Of a DNA stretch of 64,000 nucleotides, positions 49,419 through 60,142 are shown one piece after another. The notes under the pieces are model-generated. The model saw nothing but the letters and a program-made list of their open reading frames with translations, ran no database searches and had not been told where the DNA came from. Position numbers and translations under genes: made by a program. How positions within the stretch are numbered: the stretch's first letter is position 1; the number at the start of each line of letters is the position of its first letter. Source of the stretch: Thermoprotei archaeon (lineage in GTDB: Archaea; Thermoproteota; Thermoprotei; Thermoproteales; B15-G16); the NCBI GenBank assembly GCA_003649205.1, contig QMRC01000002.1, positions 32,001 through 96,000 of the forward strand, read 5' to 3'.

Positions 49419-50201
49419 TCACGAGAAGAGTACTGTCCTCACAGCAGTTAAGATAGACATCGAGTAGTACAGTAGAGCAGCTATAGCCCTAAGCTTCCTC
49501 TCCTCAAGTCTAATCACGAATCTAGCGGCGGTACTAGCGCCTAAGTACGTACCCGCTGCAAGAGGTAGTGCGAGAAGTACATCATACACTCCATGAGCTA
49601 CGTACGATGTGAGCCCGAACGCAGCAGTAATACCGACCATCATCTTACTAGTAGCGAGAGCCTCCTTAACACTGAGACCGAGAACAGCAATCAGTATGGG
49701 GACCTTGATGACACCACCACCAATACCTGTCGTAGCAGAGAGAAAACCAGCAAACATGGAGATAAGGAGAGCAAGCTTCAAACTCCTGGGAGGTCTCAAC
49801 CGAGGTTGAAGGACAATTACAGTACCAGCAAGAGCAAGGGCGCAGGAAATAGCGAGAGCAACGTAGGAACCAGGTAATCTCACAGCAACAAAACCACCGA
49901 GAACAGCACCAACAATAGTGACAGACTCAAGAACAAGACCAACCCTAACCCTCACCAAACCCCTCCTAAGGAACCTCACCAAACCACCAAGACCAGTACC
50001 GAGAACAGCAGTTAAGCTAGCAGAGACAGCGAGATGAGGCTCAACACCCAGCAAAACAAGGGTAGGAGACACAACACTACCACCACCAATACCAAGAAAT
50101 GTACCAATGAAACCAGCAATGAAACCAATCAAAACCAGTACAGGTAAGTAAGGCACCAAACCTAAACACCACACAAAAAGCTTGAAGGTCAAGTAAATCA
50201 A
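49419..50201 (-). CDS. TSUP (TauE/SafE) family transporter
   Basis: Two GIGGG motifs, TM helices. Confidence 0.88.
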   Translation of the reverse strand: MIYLTFKLFVWCLGLVPYLPVLVLIGFIAGFIGTFLGIGGGSVVSPTLVLLGVEPHLAVSASLTAVLGTGLGGLVRFLRRGLVRVRVGLVLESVTIVGAVLGGFVAVRLPGSYVALAISCALALAGTVIVLQPRLRPPRSLKLALLISMFAGFLSATTGIGGGVIKVPILIAVLGLSVKEALATSKMMVGITAAFGLTSYVAHGVYDVLLALPLAAGTYLGASTAARFVIRLEERKLRAIAALLYYSMSILTAVRTVLFS

Positions 50202-50294
50202 TTACTGAAAGAGTAAGAAGATGAACCAAAGCGAGTAGAGAACTTTATGCACGTACCACACGTAGATAACTAGTGAGTACGAGGTCTCAACCTC

Positions 50295-50846
50295 ATGTCA
50301 GAGCTAATTCAGGAAACAATACGTACACCCAAGGTGATTTAGGAGAAGATCAAGCAGCTAAATATCGACCTAGATACCCTAGTAATAGAGCTACTAATCA
50401 AAGAGCTGAACATCAGCTCTAGAGAGGAGATACAGATACATCTACAACTTGCTCAAAAACACTTTGAGGAAGCAAAGAAGTACCTAACTGAAAATAATCT
50501 AGTTCAAGCTAGTGAGAAGCTGTATAAGTGTGCCGAGGAGTGTATTAAGGCACTAGCTATGAAGTACAGAGTACCTGAGGTTGAGGAATATCGTAGAGAA
50601 GGTAGGTAGTGGACGAAGCTCCTCTCAAGAGCAGCTAAGAGATTGGCAGCTACACTAAGTAGTGAAATCATATGTATTGCATGGTCTATAGCATACGTCC
50701 TACATGTATGGGGATTTCACGAAGCATCACTAGAGGTATGTCATGTGAGTAGCTGTGTTAAGTACATTGAGCAACTACTCAAGGGAAACAATGAGGAGAG
50801 TAGAGGTACACAATACACAGTGATTTCACTTAGTAACAAGGTATAG
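50295..50846 (+). pseudogene. PaREP1-family gene with two in-frame TAG stops
   Basis: One frame reads QASEKLYKCAEECIKAL...LHVWGFHE, with TAG at 50340 and 50607. Confidence 0.8.
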
Positions 50847-50940
50847 GTGACTAGAGGTGAGTTAGTGGTAAGGTAAGTGAAGATTTTAAGCTGAAGAACC
50901 ACTGTATATGTAGGTCTAGGGAGTTATGAAGCTTGGAAGA

Positions 50941-51000
50941 ATTAGAGGTAGAATAGGACACATATACCCAATTAGAAGGAGAGTAGGACACATATACCCG
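50941..51000 (+). repeat. 30-bp tandem duplication
   Basis: attagaggtagaataggacacatataccca / attagaaggagagtaggacacatatacccg. Confidence 0.8.
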
Positions 51001-51022
51001 CTATCTAAGGTGAGGAAACTCC

Positions 51023-51448
51023 ATGGCAGTGAGGGTAAGGCTCAGGATTAGATGTCTTAAGTCGGGTAGAGAGGTAGTGACATCAGCTCTCGTCAACTCA
51101 GGTTTTGAAGCGGAAACACCACAACTACTCATACCGCGTAGATTAGCAACAGAGCTCAACCTCTGGCCACCACCAGAAGAAGCAGTACTAATCGAAGTAG
51201 GTACAGCAGGAGGACCAGTACGAAACTACCTCATACCAAATGTAGCAGAGGTCTACGTAGAGACCCAAGATAGAACCGTAGGACCAGTGAAGTGTGACAT
51301 CATGATCTCTAGCTATGAGTACGAAGTACTCATAAGCGATAAGCTAGGAGGTGAGTTAGGGATCGTAATCCTAGATCTTAGAGGGAAGTGGAGGTTCAGT
51401 GATGAGGATAAGGTAAGAGAGACAGAACCACCACAGTACTGGTTCTAG
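51023..51448 (+). CDS. retropepsin-like protein with catalytic Asp replaced by Asn
   Basis: ALVNSGFE, GTAGG, EVLISD. Confidence 0.65.
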   Translation: MAVRVRLRIRCLKSGREVVTSALVNSGFEAETPQLLIPRRLATELNLWPPPEEAVLIEVGTAGGPVRNYLIPNVAEVYVETQDRTVGPVKCDIMISSYEYEVLISDKLGGELGIVILDLRGKWRFSDEDKVRETEPPQYWF

Positions 51449-51568
51449 TAGCATAACAGCATGAAGAACACCCTCTCTAGACCTCTACAGTAAGTGAGAT
51501 GAACCATCACTTAAAAGGAGCACCGTACACTACTAAATCGAGACGAGAACACTAGCGGTGTTGACGCT

Positions 51569-52315
51569 ATGGGTAAGCTACGAGAGTACATGGAGCAGTG
51601 GTTCAAGGAGGCAAAACACGATCTAGAACTCGCTAAGAGATTTCGAAATGAACAACTACACCACGTAGCATGCTTCTTCGCACAGCAAGCAGCTGAGAAA
51701 GCACTAAAGGCACTGTACTACATCTGTCGTAGACCACACCCTCGAACACATGACCTAGAGAAGCTGTACCTAGAGCTACCACAGGAAGTACAGTCCATAC
51801 AGCACGACTTCACCATAAAAGACCTAAGAACACTAACAGACTACTACGAGAAATCAAGGTACCCAGACGCCATCAGAGGACTACCCTCCGAGAAGATAGA
51901 TAGAGAGGATGCAGACCTAACCATAGAAATAGCTGAGAAAGTAATTTCCTGGGTCGAGAAAATCATAGCAACACACCCCATTGAAGATCCTGATCCACAA
52001 GCCATAGACATAGCTAGAGAAGTAGTTCGAAAACTCAAGACAAAAATCACAGTAACAGAAGCATACGTCTTCGGAAGTAGAGTACGAGGAGACTGGAACA
52101 CCTACAGCGACCTAGACATAGTCATAGTATCACCAAACTTCAAAAACCTCAAACCACTAGAAAGACTAAAACTCACACTAAACATCCTAGAAAACCTCAA
52201 CACACCATACAGAGTAAACCTCTTCCTCTACACACCAGAAGAATTCAAAGAAGCACTCAATGGCGCATCACCAGCAATAGTAGATGCCTCAAAGTACTGG
52301 ATAAGAATAGACTAG
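51569..52315 (+). CDS. HEPN-MNT fusion protein
   Basis: N-terminal QQAAEKALKA, THDL, SRYPD; C-terminal FGSRVRGD...SDLD. Confidence 0.9.
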   Translation: MGKLREYMEQWFKEAKHDLELAKRFRNEQLHHVACFFAQQAAEKALKALYYICRRPHPRTHDLEKLYLELPQEVQSIQHDFTIKDLRTLTDYYEKSRYPDAIRGLPSEKIDREDADLTIEIAEKVISWVEKIIATHPIEDPDPQAIDIAREVVRKLKTKITVTEAYVFGSRVRGDWNTYSDLDIVIVSPNFKNLKPLERLKLTLNILENLNTPYRVNLFLYTPEEFKEALNGASPAIVDASKYWIRID

Positions 52316-52390
52316 AGCACAAACCTAAAGTAATTATAGGATAGTGGTAGACTCAACACCGACACGAATTCCTGCAGACACAACTCAGCA

Positions 52391-52789
52391 CTAAGAACTA
52401 TGATTAAACATCTGCTTGACTAAGTGAACTACCTTCTCCGCAATAGATAGGAACCTCCTTGCAGTACCCTCAGCAATCTCTCTCCAAGGCTTCCTCAATC
52501 CAGCATTAGGATACCTAGCAATCACGTAGTAAGGAGATAGCTCTGTCAACAACTCAACATCACTAACCTCTAGCTCTAAACCAGCTACATGAAGTAGCTC
52601 CAAGAGGTCATGACTTCTAGGAGGTCTAACTCTTTTAAATCCAATAATGTAAGCTTTCAAAGCCTTTTCTACAGCTTGATGTGAGAGGAATACAGCAAGA
52701 TGGTAGCTACCACGCTTAAAAGCTTCTTTAGCCTCATTGAGATCAACTAGAGCACCCTCTAACCAATCTAGAGCCTCCTCTCTAATCAT
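52391..52789 (-). CDS. HEPN domain protein
   Basis: HQAVEKALKA, SHDL, ARYPN. Confidence 0.9.
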   Translation of the reverse strand: MIREEALDWLEGALVDLNEAKEAFKRGSYHLAVFLSHQAVEKALKAYIIGFKRVRPPRSHDLLELLHVAGLELEVSDVELLTELSPYYVIARYPNAGLRKPWREIAEGTARRFLSIAEKVVHLVKQMFNHSS

Positions 52790-52803
52790 AACTACAACCC
52801 AAA

Positions 52804-53130
52804 TTAAGCAATTCTGATCCAGTACTCCATAGCATCCCTAACGACAATACTCCTCCTCTTAACCTCCTCAAACTCCTCAGGAGTATAGGCCAAGATATCA
52901 AATCCCCTATTAGGTGGCAAAAACTTCCTCAAGATAGCATACCTCTTACCAAAATCCAATCCCCTAAACCTAGGAGAAACAACAATTAAATCAACATCAC
53001 TATCAACTAACCAATCACCACGAGCAAAACTACCAAAGAGATAAACCTCAACATCACCGAGAACTTCCTTAACCTTCCTCACAAAATCCCTCAACATCTT
53101 CAGAACATCTTCAGGAACATTACCGTACAA
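52804..53130 (-). CDS. minimal nucleotidyltransferase (MNT)
   Basis: LFGSFARGD...SDVD...YTPEE. Confidence 0.9.
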   Translation of the reverse strand: MYGNVPEDVLKMLRDFVRKVKEVLGDVEVYLFGSFARGDWLVDSDVDLIVVSPRFRGLDFGKRYAILRKFLPPNRGFDILAYTPEEFEEVKRRSIVVRDAMEYWIRIA

Positions 53131-53197
53131 GAACTCAACACCTCAATACCACAACCGAGCTAGAAACTAAAATCACTAACTCCACAGATACACCATA

Positions 53198-53659
53198 GTG
53201 GAAAAGTTTTTGTCTCTACATCAGTACAGCAATCATGTGAAATCCATGGAACGAATTGAAGAAGCTAGAAGGTGGTTCCTCCAAACTTCAAGAGATATCA
53301 AAGCAGCTAGTGACAGCCTCCACGCTGCAAACTTCGAGTGGTCATGCTTTCAGGCACAACAAGCTGCAGAGAAAGCTGTTAAAGCACTACTGTACGCTCA
53401 CGGTAGACATGCCTGGGGACACAGCATAGTTGAGCTACTCAACATCTTGAAGGAATTAGAGGAGGTACCTGAAGAACTCTACGTAGCTGCACGCGAACTA
53501 GATAGACACTACATACCCTCACAATACCCAAATGCATTTGAATCTGGATACCCAGGTATGTACTACGATAAACCGACAGCAGATAGAGCACTTGAAGCTG
53601 CTAGGAAGATCATGGAGTGGGTGAAGGAATGCTTGAGAAAACTTGGTGTAAACGTGTAG
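53198..53659 (+). CDS. HEPN domain protein
   Basis: QQAAEKAVKA, WGHS, YIPSQYP. Confidence 0.9.
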   Translation: MEKFLSLHQYSNHVKSMERIEEARRWFLQTSRDIKAASDSLHAANFEWSCFQAQQAAEKAVKALLYAHGRHAWGHSIVELLNILKELEEVPEELYVAARELDRHYIPSQYPNAFESGYPGMYYDKPTADRALEAARKIMEWVKECLRKLGVNV

Positions 53660-54033
53660 AGGAGCTCATTAGTAAGCTCAGCAAGGTATTTGGCATCGAA
53701 GCAGTCATAGTATTTGGATCATGGGCACGTAGTGGAGGAGGTGAGTGGAGCGATCTCGATGTACTCGTAGTAACGGATGATGTCAAGAACATAGACATAC
53801 TCGAACGATTTAGAATAGCTACCGAATACAAGCCACCACGAGTAGACGTGTTCCTGTACACATATGGAGAACTCGAGAACATGATGAAGAGAGGAAATCC
53901 ACTAGCACTATCAGCACTCGTAGAGGGGATACCACTAAAAGCAAGTAGCAGAGTCCTAAAGCTCATGGAAGTAGCCAAGCAAAGGTACATAAGGAGAGGA
54001 CGAGTTTGGATCGAGACAACAAAACTACAGTAA
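53617..54033 (+). CDS. MNT
   Basis: VFGSWARSG...SDLD. Confidence 0.88.
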   Translation: MGEGMLEKTWCKRVEELISKLSKVFGIEAVIVFGSWARSGGGEWSDLDVLVVTDDVKNIDILERFRIATEYKPPRVDVFLYTYGELENMMKRGNPLALSALVEGIPLKASSRVLKLMEVAKQRYIRRGRVWIETTKLQ

Positions 54034-54263
54034 CCTCACGCATTAGATTGCAGAAGATAGCGAAGGTCCTAGAGAGCAAACAGCACTAGAAAAAGCCACA
54101 CAGAAATCAACCCAAGATACAGTAATCACAGAGTCAAACACAAAACACCTTAGAACTTACTTGTCAAGTCCTCACATAAGTCTCTTAAACCTCTCATCAA
54201 CCTAACTAACCTAGAATAGAACCCTTATAACTCATTCATGAAGGGAGGAATACAGGTGAGGTA

Positions 54264-54872
54264 ATGTACAAGGTAATTGTAGCCACACTAGCATCACAAG
54301 CACCACTCACAGCAATAGCAGTAGTAACACTCTACTACCTACTAAGTCGAAGAATAGATAAGCTGGAACTGAGACTAACCAAGTTAGAAGTAAGAATAGA
54401 TAATCTTGAAGTAAGAATGTCAAACCTAGAACAGGAAATGAAGAGAGGATTCGGTAACCTAGCTAGCTTCAACGATACACTAATTACACTACTACAGACG
54501 AAGACAGTAATAACTGAAGGAGAAGCACTAGTACTGAAGAACTACCTAAGAACAATAACACCAGGAACAAGCACAAAGTACTACACAGAAGAAGTAAGGA
54601 AGAGACTACTGGAGCTACTAGATAAGAAATTAAGTGAGTACACCTGGGAAGACGTATTCGAACTAGAGGAAATAGCTGAACTAATCAATGAAGAAGCTAG
54701 AGTAACAGGAAGAATGGACCTAGCAGACTACTACGGAAGACTAAGAGCATACATAGCAATAATTAGAGGAGATCTCATAAGAAGACACGTAATGCCACCA
54801 GAGAAACCACCAGAGAAGAAATGGTTAAAGAAAATACAGCAACAACCTACACACCAAACACACAACCCCTAG
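54264..54872 (+). CDS. membrane-anchored coiled-coil hypothetical protein
   Basis: N-terminal hydrophobic helix followed by LExR heptads. Confidence 0.7.
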   Translation: MYKVIVATLASQAPLTAIAVVTLYYLLSRRIDKLELRLTKLEVRIDNLEVRMSNLEQEMKRGFGNLASFNDTLITLLQTKTVITEGEALVLKNYLRTITPGTSTKYYTEEVRKRLLELLDKKLSEYTWEDVFELEEIAELINEEARVTGRMDLADYYGRLRAYIAIIRGDLIRRHVMPPEKPPEKKWLKKIQQQPTHQTHNP

Positions 54873-54892
54873 ACCTCACAACCAATACAGCA

Positions 54893-55267
54893 CTATAACT
54901 CCCTCAACTCCTTCAAAAGCTTCAGAAGATCAATACCACACCTCTCAATCTCAACCACAATAGGATTCCTCTTAACCCTCATCCTCTCAAATTCACTCAA
55001 CGTAACAACAATAGGCTCAACACGAGGACACATCAGTAAACAACCCTCAATAAGCTCAAGACGCTTAACAGGACTCCTAGGTAAATCACCATCAACAACA
55101 ATTAACACATCAACATCACTCCACTCATTAAAATCACCACGAGCAAAACTACCGAAAAGCCAAGCACCAACAACACTAAACCGCTTAGAGACACACCTAA
55201 CAAACCTCAAAGCCTCCCTTAAAGCCTCTTCACGTCTCCTCAACCTCTCCTCAAGAACCTTCCCCAT
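54893..55267 (-). CDS. MNT
   Basis: LFGSFARGDFNEWSDVD. Confidence 0.9.
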   Translation of the reverse strand: MGKVLEERLRRREEALREALRFVRCVSKRFSVVGAWLFGSFARGDFNEWSDVDVLIVVDGDLPRSPVKRLELIEGCLLMCPRVEPIVVTLSEFERMRVKRNPIVVEIERCGIDLLKLLKELREL

Positions 55268-55677
55268 ACACCCTCAACCCAAGATAGAATACACTCCGCA
55301 AGCTTAATAGCTTCCTCAGCATCCTCCCTCACATAGTAATCCTCAGGAACACCTTCACACCACACATCAGGGTACCTAGTAGGAGTATAGAACCTATCCA
55401 ACCTCCTACACGCACGCAAAACCTCTTCAGGAACCTCCACACCCAGCTCACTAATGTACTCAAGCAACCTACTCAATGCACGACCAAAACGAGGACGACC
55501 AACACCCCACAACAAAGCCTTCAAAGCCTTCTCAGCAGCTTGATGAGCCTTAAAACAAGCCCAATTAAAATCACCACACAAAGCATCACGCCTAGCGGAA
55601 TCGAGCGTAAGCCTAGCACTCCTAAACCACCTCTCAAACTCAACAGAATCAAGCATAGAGACACCAGCAAGCAGCAC
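55240..55677 (-). CDS. HEPN domain protein (conserved His replaced by Arg)
   Basis: HQAAEKALKA, FGRAL, TRYPD. Confidence 0.88.
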   Translation of the reverse strand: MLLAGVSMLDSVEFERWFRSARLTLDSARRDALCGDFNWACFKAHQAAEKALKALLWGVGRPRFGRALSRLLEYISELGVEVPEEVLRACRRLDRFYTPTRYPDVWCEGVPEDYYVREDAEEAIKLAECILSWVEGVWGRFLRRG

Positions 55678-55695
55678 TAGCTGAGGAGAGTAAAG

Positions 55696-56430
55696 CTACA
55701 CCTCCAGAACCTCTCCACGACACTCAATACCTAACTTATCAGCAAGCTCCTTAGCCCTCTTCCTAATTCCAGGAGACACAATCAACATCTTCGGCTTAAC
55801 CCCAGTAACCCTCTCATAGAGCACACCTACCCTATACAGCTCAGCTACATCAGCTCTATCAACACTAGCCTTATACTCAACAAGAACGTGCTCACCATCT
55901 CTAATCAACAAATCAACCTCAATCCAAGACGGATAACCAAACACAACACCCTCACTATCGTAGTAAACCCACCTCTCAACCCTATACACCTTAAGCAAAT
56001 CCTCAACGAGGTACTTAATAGACTCCCTAAAAGCACCCTCTGTAGAGAGACCATACTTAAGACCAAGAGCTTGAATACTCGCTACCAACCTCTCAAGAAC
56101 TCTCATATGCTCCTCAAGCACTCTACTATGCTTAAGAGCTTGCTCCTGTAAGCTCCTAACCTGCTCCTGCAGTACCTTCATCTGCTCCTGTAAATTCCTA
56201 ACTTGCTCCTGTAAACTCCTAATGACCTCACTGTGTTTAGCTACTTGTTTTTGTAGGTCTCTAACCTGCTTCTGTAGGTCTCTAACTTGTTCCTGTAGAG
56301 ACTTAATAGCTTCAGTATTCTTGTCAATTCTCTTAAGCACCTCTTCAATACCTAGTAAACCCACTACAGCATACCTAAACTCAACATCCTCACGAAGCAA
56401 CCTAAGAAACTCCTCCCTCAACCCCGACAT
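55696..56430 (-). CDS. DUF3782-like heptad-repeat/PD-(D/E)XK protein
   Basis: LLREDVEFRYAVVGLLG, LQEQV heptads, EVDLLIRDG..LVEYK. Confidence 0.8.
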   Translation of the reverse strand: MSGLREEFLRLLREDVEFRYAVVGLLGIEEVLKRIDKNTEAIKSLQEQVRDLQKQVRDLQKQVAKHSEVIRSLQEQVRNLQEQMKVLQEQVRSLQEQALKHSRVLEEHMRVLERLVASIQALGLKYGLSTEGAFRESIKYLVEDLLKVYRVERWVYYDSEGVVFGYPSWIEVDLLIRDGEHVLVEYKASVDRADVAELYRVGVLYERVTGVKPKMLIVSPGIRKRAKELADKLGIECRGEVLEV

Positions 56431-56663
56431 AGCACATACACCCTAGTGAACCCACAACAGAGAAACCACCTACACTCCCTCAAGCAAACTCCATCACTTA
56501 AAGTCAATCCAAAAAGCTACACTCCAGTAAATAAGCTTTCATTTACTCATCAAGAACCAGGTAGAGAAGCTAAGCAAAACAGCATTAACGTACACACAAA
56601 AAACAAACACCCACCACTACCCTTAATACACCCCAAATACCCACAACCACTGAGGTCGATTGA

Positions 56664-57062
56664 GTGCCCATTAGAGATGAAGTCCTAAATTGGCTCACCG
56701 AATCCAAAGCAGATCTCCAACATGCAGAATCCAGCCTACAAATTGGCGACTACAACTGGGCCTGCTTCGCTGCACAGCAAGCAGCTGAGAAAGCACTAAA
56801 AGCACTGATAATGCACACCCTGGGTGAGTACCCTCGTGGACACGACCTCATTAAACTCTACAGAAAGGTAAAGAACTACACAGACCTCAAACTCAACGAA
56901 AGTGCACTAGCTAGATTATCAGCATACTACACACTAGCAAGATACCCAAATGCAGGTCTCGAAAAACCATCAGAAGAAATCACCAGAGAACAAGCAGAAG
57001 AAGCCATAGCAATCGCCAGAGGTGTAGTCGATGAGATCACAAAAACTATCAGAGATCCGTAG
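56664..57062 (+). CDS. HEPN domain protein
   Basis: QQAAEKALKA, GHDL, ARYPN. Confidence 0.9.
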   Translation: MPIRDEVLNWLTESKADLQHAESSLQIGDYNWACFAAQQAAEKALKALIMHTLGEYPRGHDLIKLYRKVKNYTDLKLNESALARLSAYYTLARYPNAGLEKPSEEITREQAEEAIAIARGVVDEITKTIRDP

Positions 57063-57369
57063 AGAAGTAATCAACACACTAAGAAAACTCGCACAGGAAC
57101 TAAACGCAACAATCTACCTCTTCGGAAGCTACGCACGTGGAGATCACATGCTAGATAGCGACGTAGACATAGTAATTGTATCAAAAACCTTCGAAGGCAT
57201 GAACTACGTAAGTAGAGTCGAACTAGTTAGAACAAAACTACCACCACACATAAGCTTCGACATAATCCCACTAACACCACAGGAATTCAAAGAGAGAAGA
57301 GAGAAACCATTCTTCAAAGAAATATCTAGGTACTGGATCGAAATAAAACCACAACACCCTCAAGCCTAA
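57031..57369 (+). CDS. MNT
   Basis: LFGSYARGD..DSDVD. Confidence 0.9.
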   Translation: MRSQKLSEIRREVINTLRKLAQELNATIYLFGSYARGDHMLDSDVDIVIVSKTFEGMNYVSRVELVRTKLPPHISFDIIPLTPQEFKERREKPFFKEISRYWIEIKPQHPQA

Positions 57370-57425
57370 GGAAAGAAGGAAGTATAACTAATTCCACTAC
57401 CTCAACAGAGGAGAAACGTAGTAAA

Positions 57426-58266
57426 ATGGTGTTGAGTATGGATAGAGAGATTGTCGTCAAGAAGTTAACCGAACTATTTAGAAACCTCAACGACATCGAA
57501 GTAGCAATACTCTTCGGCTCAATCGCTAGAGGCTATAGACATCCACACGACATAGATATAGCCGTGAAATTCACCACCAAAAAATCACCACTCGACCTAG
57601 CAAACCTAGTCACACATAGCCAGACACCTAGGTACTACCGAAGATCACATAGACATAATCGACCTAGACTACGCTAAACCCATCCTACTACTCAGAATCC
57701 TAAAGGAGGGAATAATCCTGAAGGGAAATCCAGAGACCCTAAAGGAACTATACGAGAAGGCTTCAAGAGGAATTGAGCAACTCATCGAAATCAAGCTATG
57801 GAGTAACCTAGATCCAGAACCCAGAGTAAACAAAATAGTCATAACCTCAAGAGTTGAGGAAGTTAGGAGAAACACAGAATTCCTCAAGAGAGAAATCCTG
57901 ACAAAGAACGTACATGAGCTAGAGTACAGAGACATACTAGCACTCGAGAGAGCACTACACAGAATTGCTGAAGCTATACTAGACATATGTAGACACCTCG
58001 TAGCAGTCTACTCACTAGGCATAGTCGAGAGCTACGGAGAATACCCCAGAAAACTAGCACAAGCAGGTAAGATGCCTAGAGACCTAGCTGAAGACATAAC
58101 CAAACTAGCAGGACTAGGAAATATCCTAGTCCACAGATACCTAGAGATAGACCTCGAAAAACTCCACAAAACAGCACAAGAAATAGCTAAAGAAGTAGTA
58201 CCCAAATTCCTACACTGGATCAAGAACATAGATCCACAAGAAACACCACCCCTCCCAAGTAAATAG
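57426..58266 (+). pseudogene. frameshifted MNT-HepT(DUF86) fusion
   Basis: LFGS...HDIDIA, frameshift near 57615, then ERALHRIAEAILDICRH...GLGNILVH (Rx4H Arg replaced by Gly). Confidence 0.8.
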
Positions 58267-58482
58267 GAAGCTCGTACAGCATACATCAACACAAGAGAAG
58301 CTGAGCAACCATAACCTACCAAGACAAAAACCATACATACTACAGAAAATAGACGTAGAGTACACACGTGAAACCTAGTAAATGTAGACGAGGTAGCGAA
58401 CATGTTCTTCAGAATGAGAACAAGCAACACACTAAGTAGATCAAGCAAACACCACAAGAAGATCAATTAAAAGGTAGAGAAG

Positions 58483-59964
58483 ATGACTAAACACCCCAGT
58501 AAGCACCTCCTACAGAAAACACTCAAGAAAGTAAAAGAAAGCGAAACCACATACCTAGTACTCTCAGTAGCAATACCAACAATTCTAAGAACAGTACCAG
58601 AACTCATATACCCCTTCCCAACAGGATTCGACCCACTCTCATACTACTTCCCAGCAATACTACACCTAAAACAAAACCTAAACCATGTATGGAAATTGAT
58701 TGAATACGGACCAATACCCTACATACTACTAACACCACTACCAACAAAAGACACCATACTCCTAGGCCTAAAGATACTCAATATCACCGCAATAACACTA
58801 CTAGCACTAACAACATACCTAACAGCTAGAGACATACTAAAACAAACACCACAATGGAGCTTCATAACAACGCTACTAACAACAAACTACATAACAATGG
58901 CATTTTCATGGCTATACCCAAGAAATACACTAGCATACGCCCTATCACTACTAACGACATACCTACTACTAAGAGATAAGATACTACACGCATCACTACT
59001 AACAGCAACCACAGCACTAACACACCCCGTACCCACAATCTTCATAGTCACATCATCCATAACGACAACACTACTCAGAAGAAAAACCAAGTACCTAATA
59101 CCTGCAATACCGACACTCACACCACCACTACTCCTAGCAATAGGCTACAAACTAAACCTCACAACAAGATCCCTACTCGAGAAGTACTTACAGACACTAG
59201 TAAACGCAGCAACAGCACCACTACACCAACACCTAAACCCCCTAAACCAATCCCTACTACTCTACCTATACCTACCAGAAATACCACTCATAGTAATCAC
59301 ACTAATAATCTACAAACGCTACAACACCAGAACAATACATAGCAACCTAATCATCTACCTAACACTACTAATCACCACCATAATCTACACAAAATCACAC
59401 CTCGGAGATAGATTCGTATACATGATACAGCCACTACTAATACTCACAACAACAACCATAGTACACACAAGTAAACCAACCACAATACACCACATGAAAC
59501 AATACACGAGAGAAATAACGTACACACTCACACCCATAGTACTAGTAATGACATTACTAACAACAGCATACATAGCATCAACAGGAACACCACCAGTACT
59601 ATACTTCAAAAAACCCTACGTATTCAACGACGAAATCTACAGAAAATTCCCATCAGGAATGGCGCAAGGACCAATACCACTAAGAGACGTAGAGCCAACA
59701 ATGAAACTACTTAAAACACTAACACAAGAAGTAGAACCCCAAAAAGTAACACTCTACATAGCATTCAGAGGATTCCTATACTACATCAACGAAGAATACG
59801 CAGAAAAAGTAGAGTATACACCAACAGAAAAACTACCTCCAAACAGATACACAATAACTTGGATCAAAGAACCATGGTTCAAACTCCACATACCGAAAAA
59901 CACAGAAATAATCGTAGTAAAACAGGAAGGAAACCTAGCAATAATCTACATAGAGAGCAAGTAA
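58483..59964 (+). CDS. polytopic membrane protein (GT-C-like)
   Basis: N-terminal TM helix followed by PTGFDPLSYY loop, many TM helices. Confidence 0.6.
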   Translation: MTKHPSKHLLQKTLKKVKESETTYLVLSVAIPTILRTVPELIYPFPTGFDPLSYYFPAILHLKQNLNHVWKLIEYGPIPYILLTPLPTKDTILLGLKILNITAITLLALTTYLTARDILKQTPQWSFITTLLTTNYITMAFSWLYPRNTLAYALSLLTTYLLLRDKILHASLLTATTALTHPVPTIFIVTSSITTTLLRRKTKYLIPAIPTLTPPLLLAIGYKLNLTTRSLLEKYLQTLVNAATAPLHQHLNPLNQSLLLYLYLPEIPLIVITLIIYKRYNTRTIHSNLIIYLTLLITTIIYTKSHLGDRFVYMIQPLLILTTTTIVHTSKPTTIHHMKQYTREITYTLTPIVLVMTLLTTAYIASTGTPPVLYFKKPYVFNDEIYRKFPSGMAQGPIPLRDVEPTMKLLKTLTQEVEPQKVTLYIAFRGFLYYINEEYAEKVEYTPTEKLPPNRYTITWIKEPWFKLHIPKNTEIIVVKQEGNLAIIYIESK

Positions 59965-60142
59965 GTCAATCGCTAGAGATATCGACCTCAGCCCCCTCAC
60001 CTAAACACAGTAACCAAAGGACAATTCCACACCTGAGCAGCGACAGAACTGTCAAAGAACTCGCGAAGAGGAACTACGTGATCTGCATCCACTGCACTGA
60101 ACTTAAACAGTACACAAGTCAGTACTTTCACTACTCGAAGAC

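Noticed and set aside
50941-51000. Possible mini-CRISPR
   Set aside because: Only two adjacent units with no spacer; no cas genes in the window
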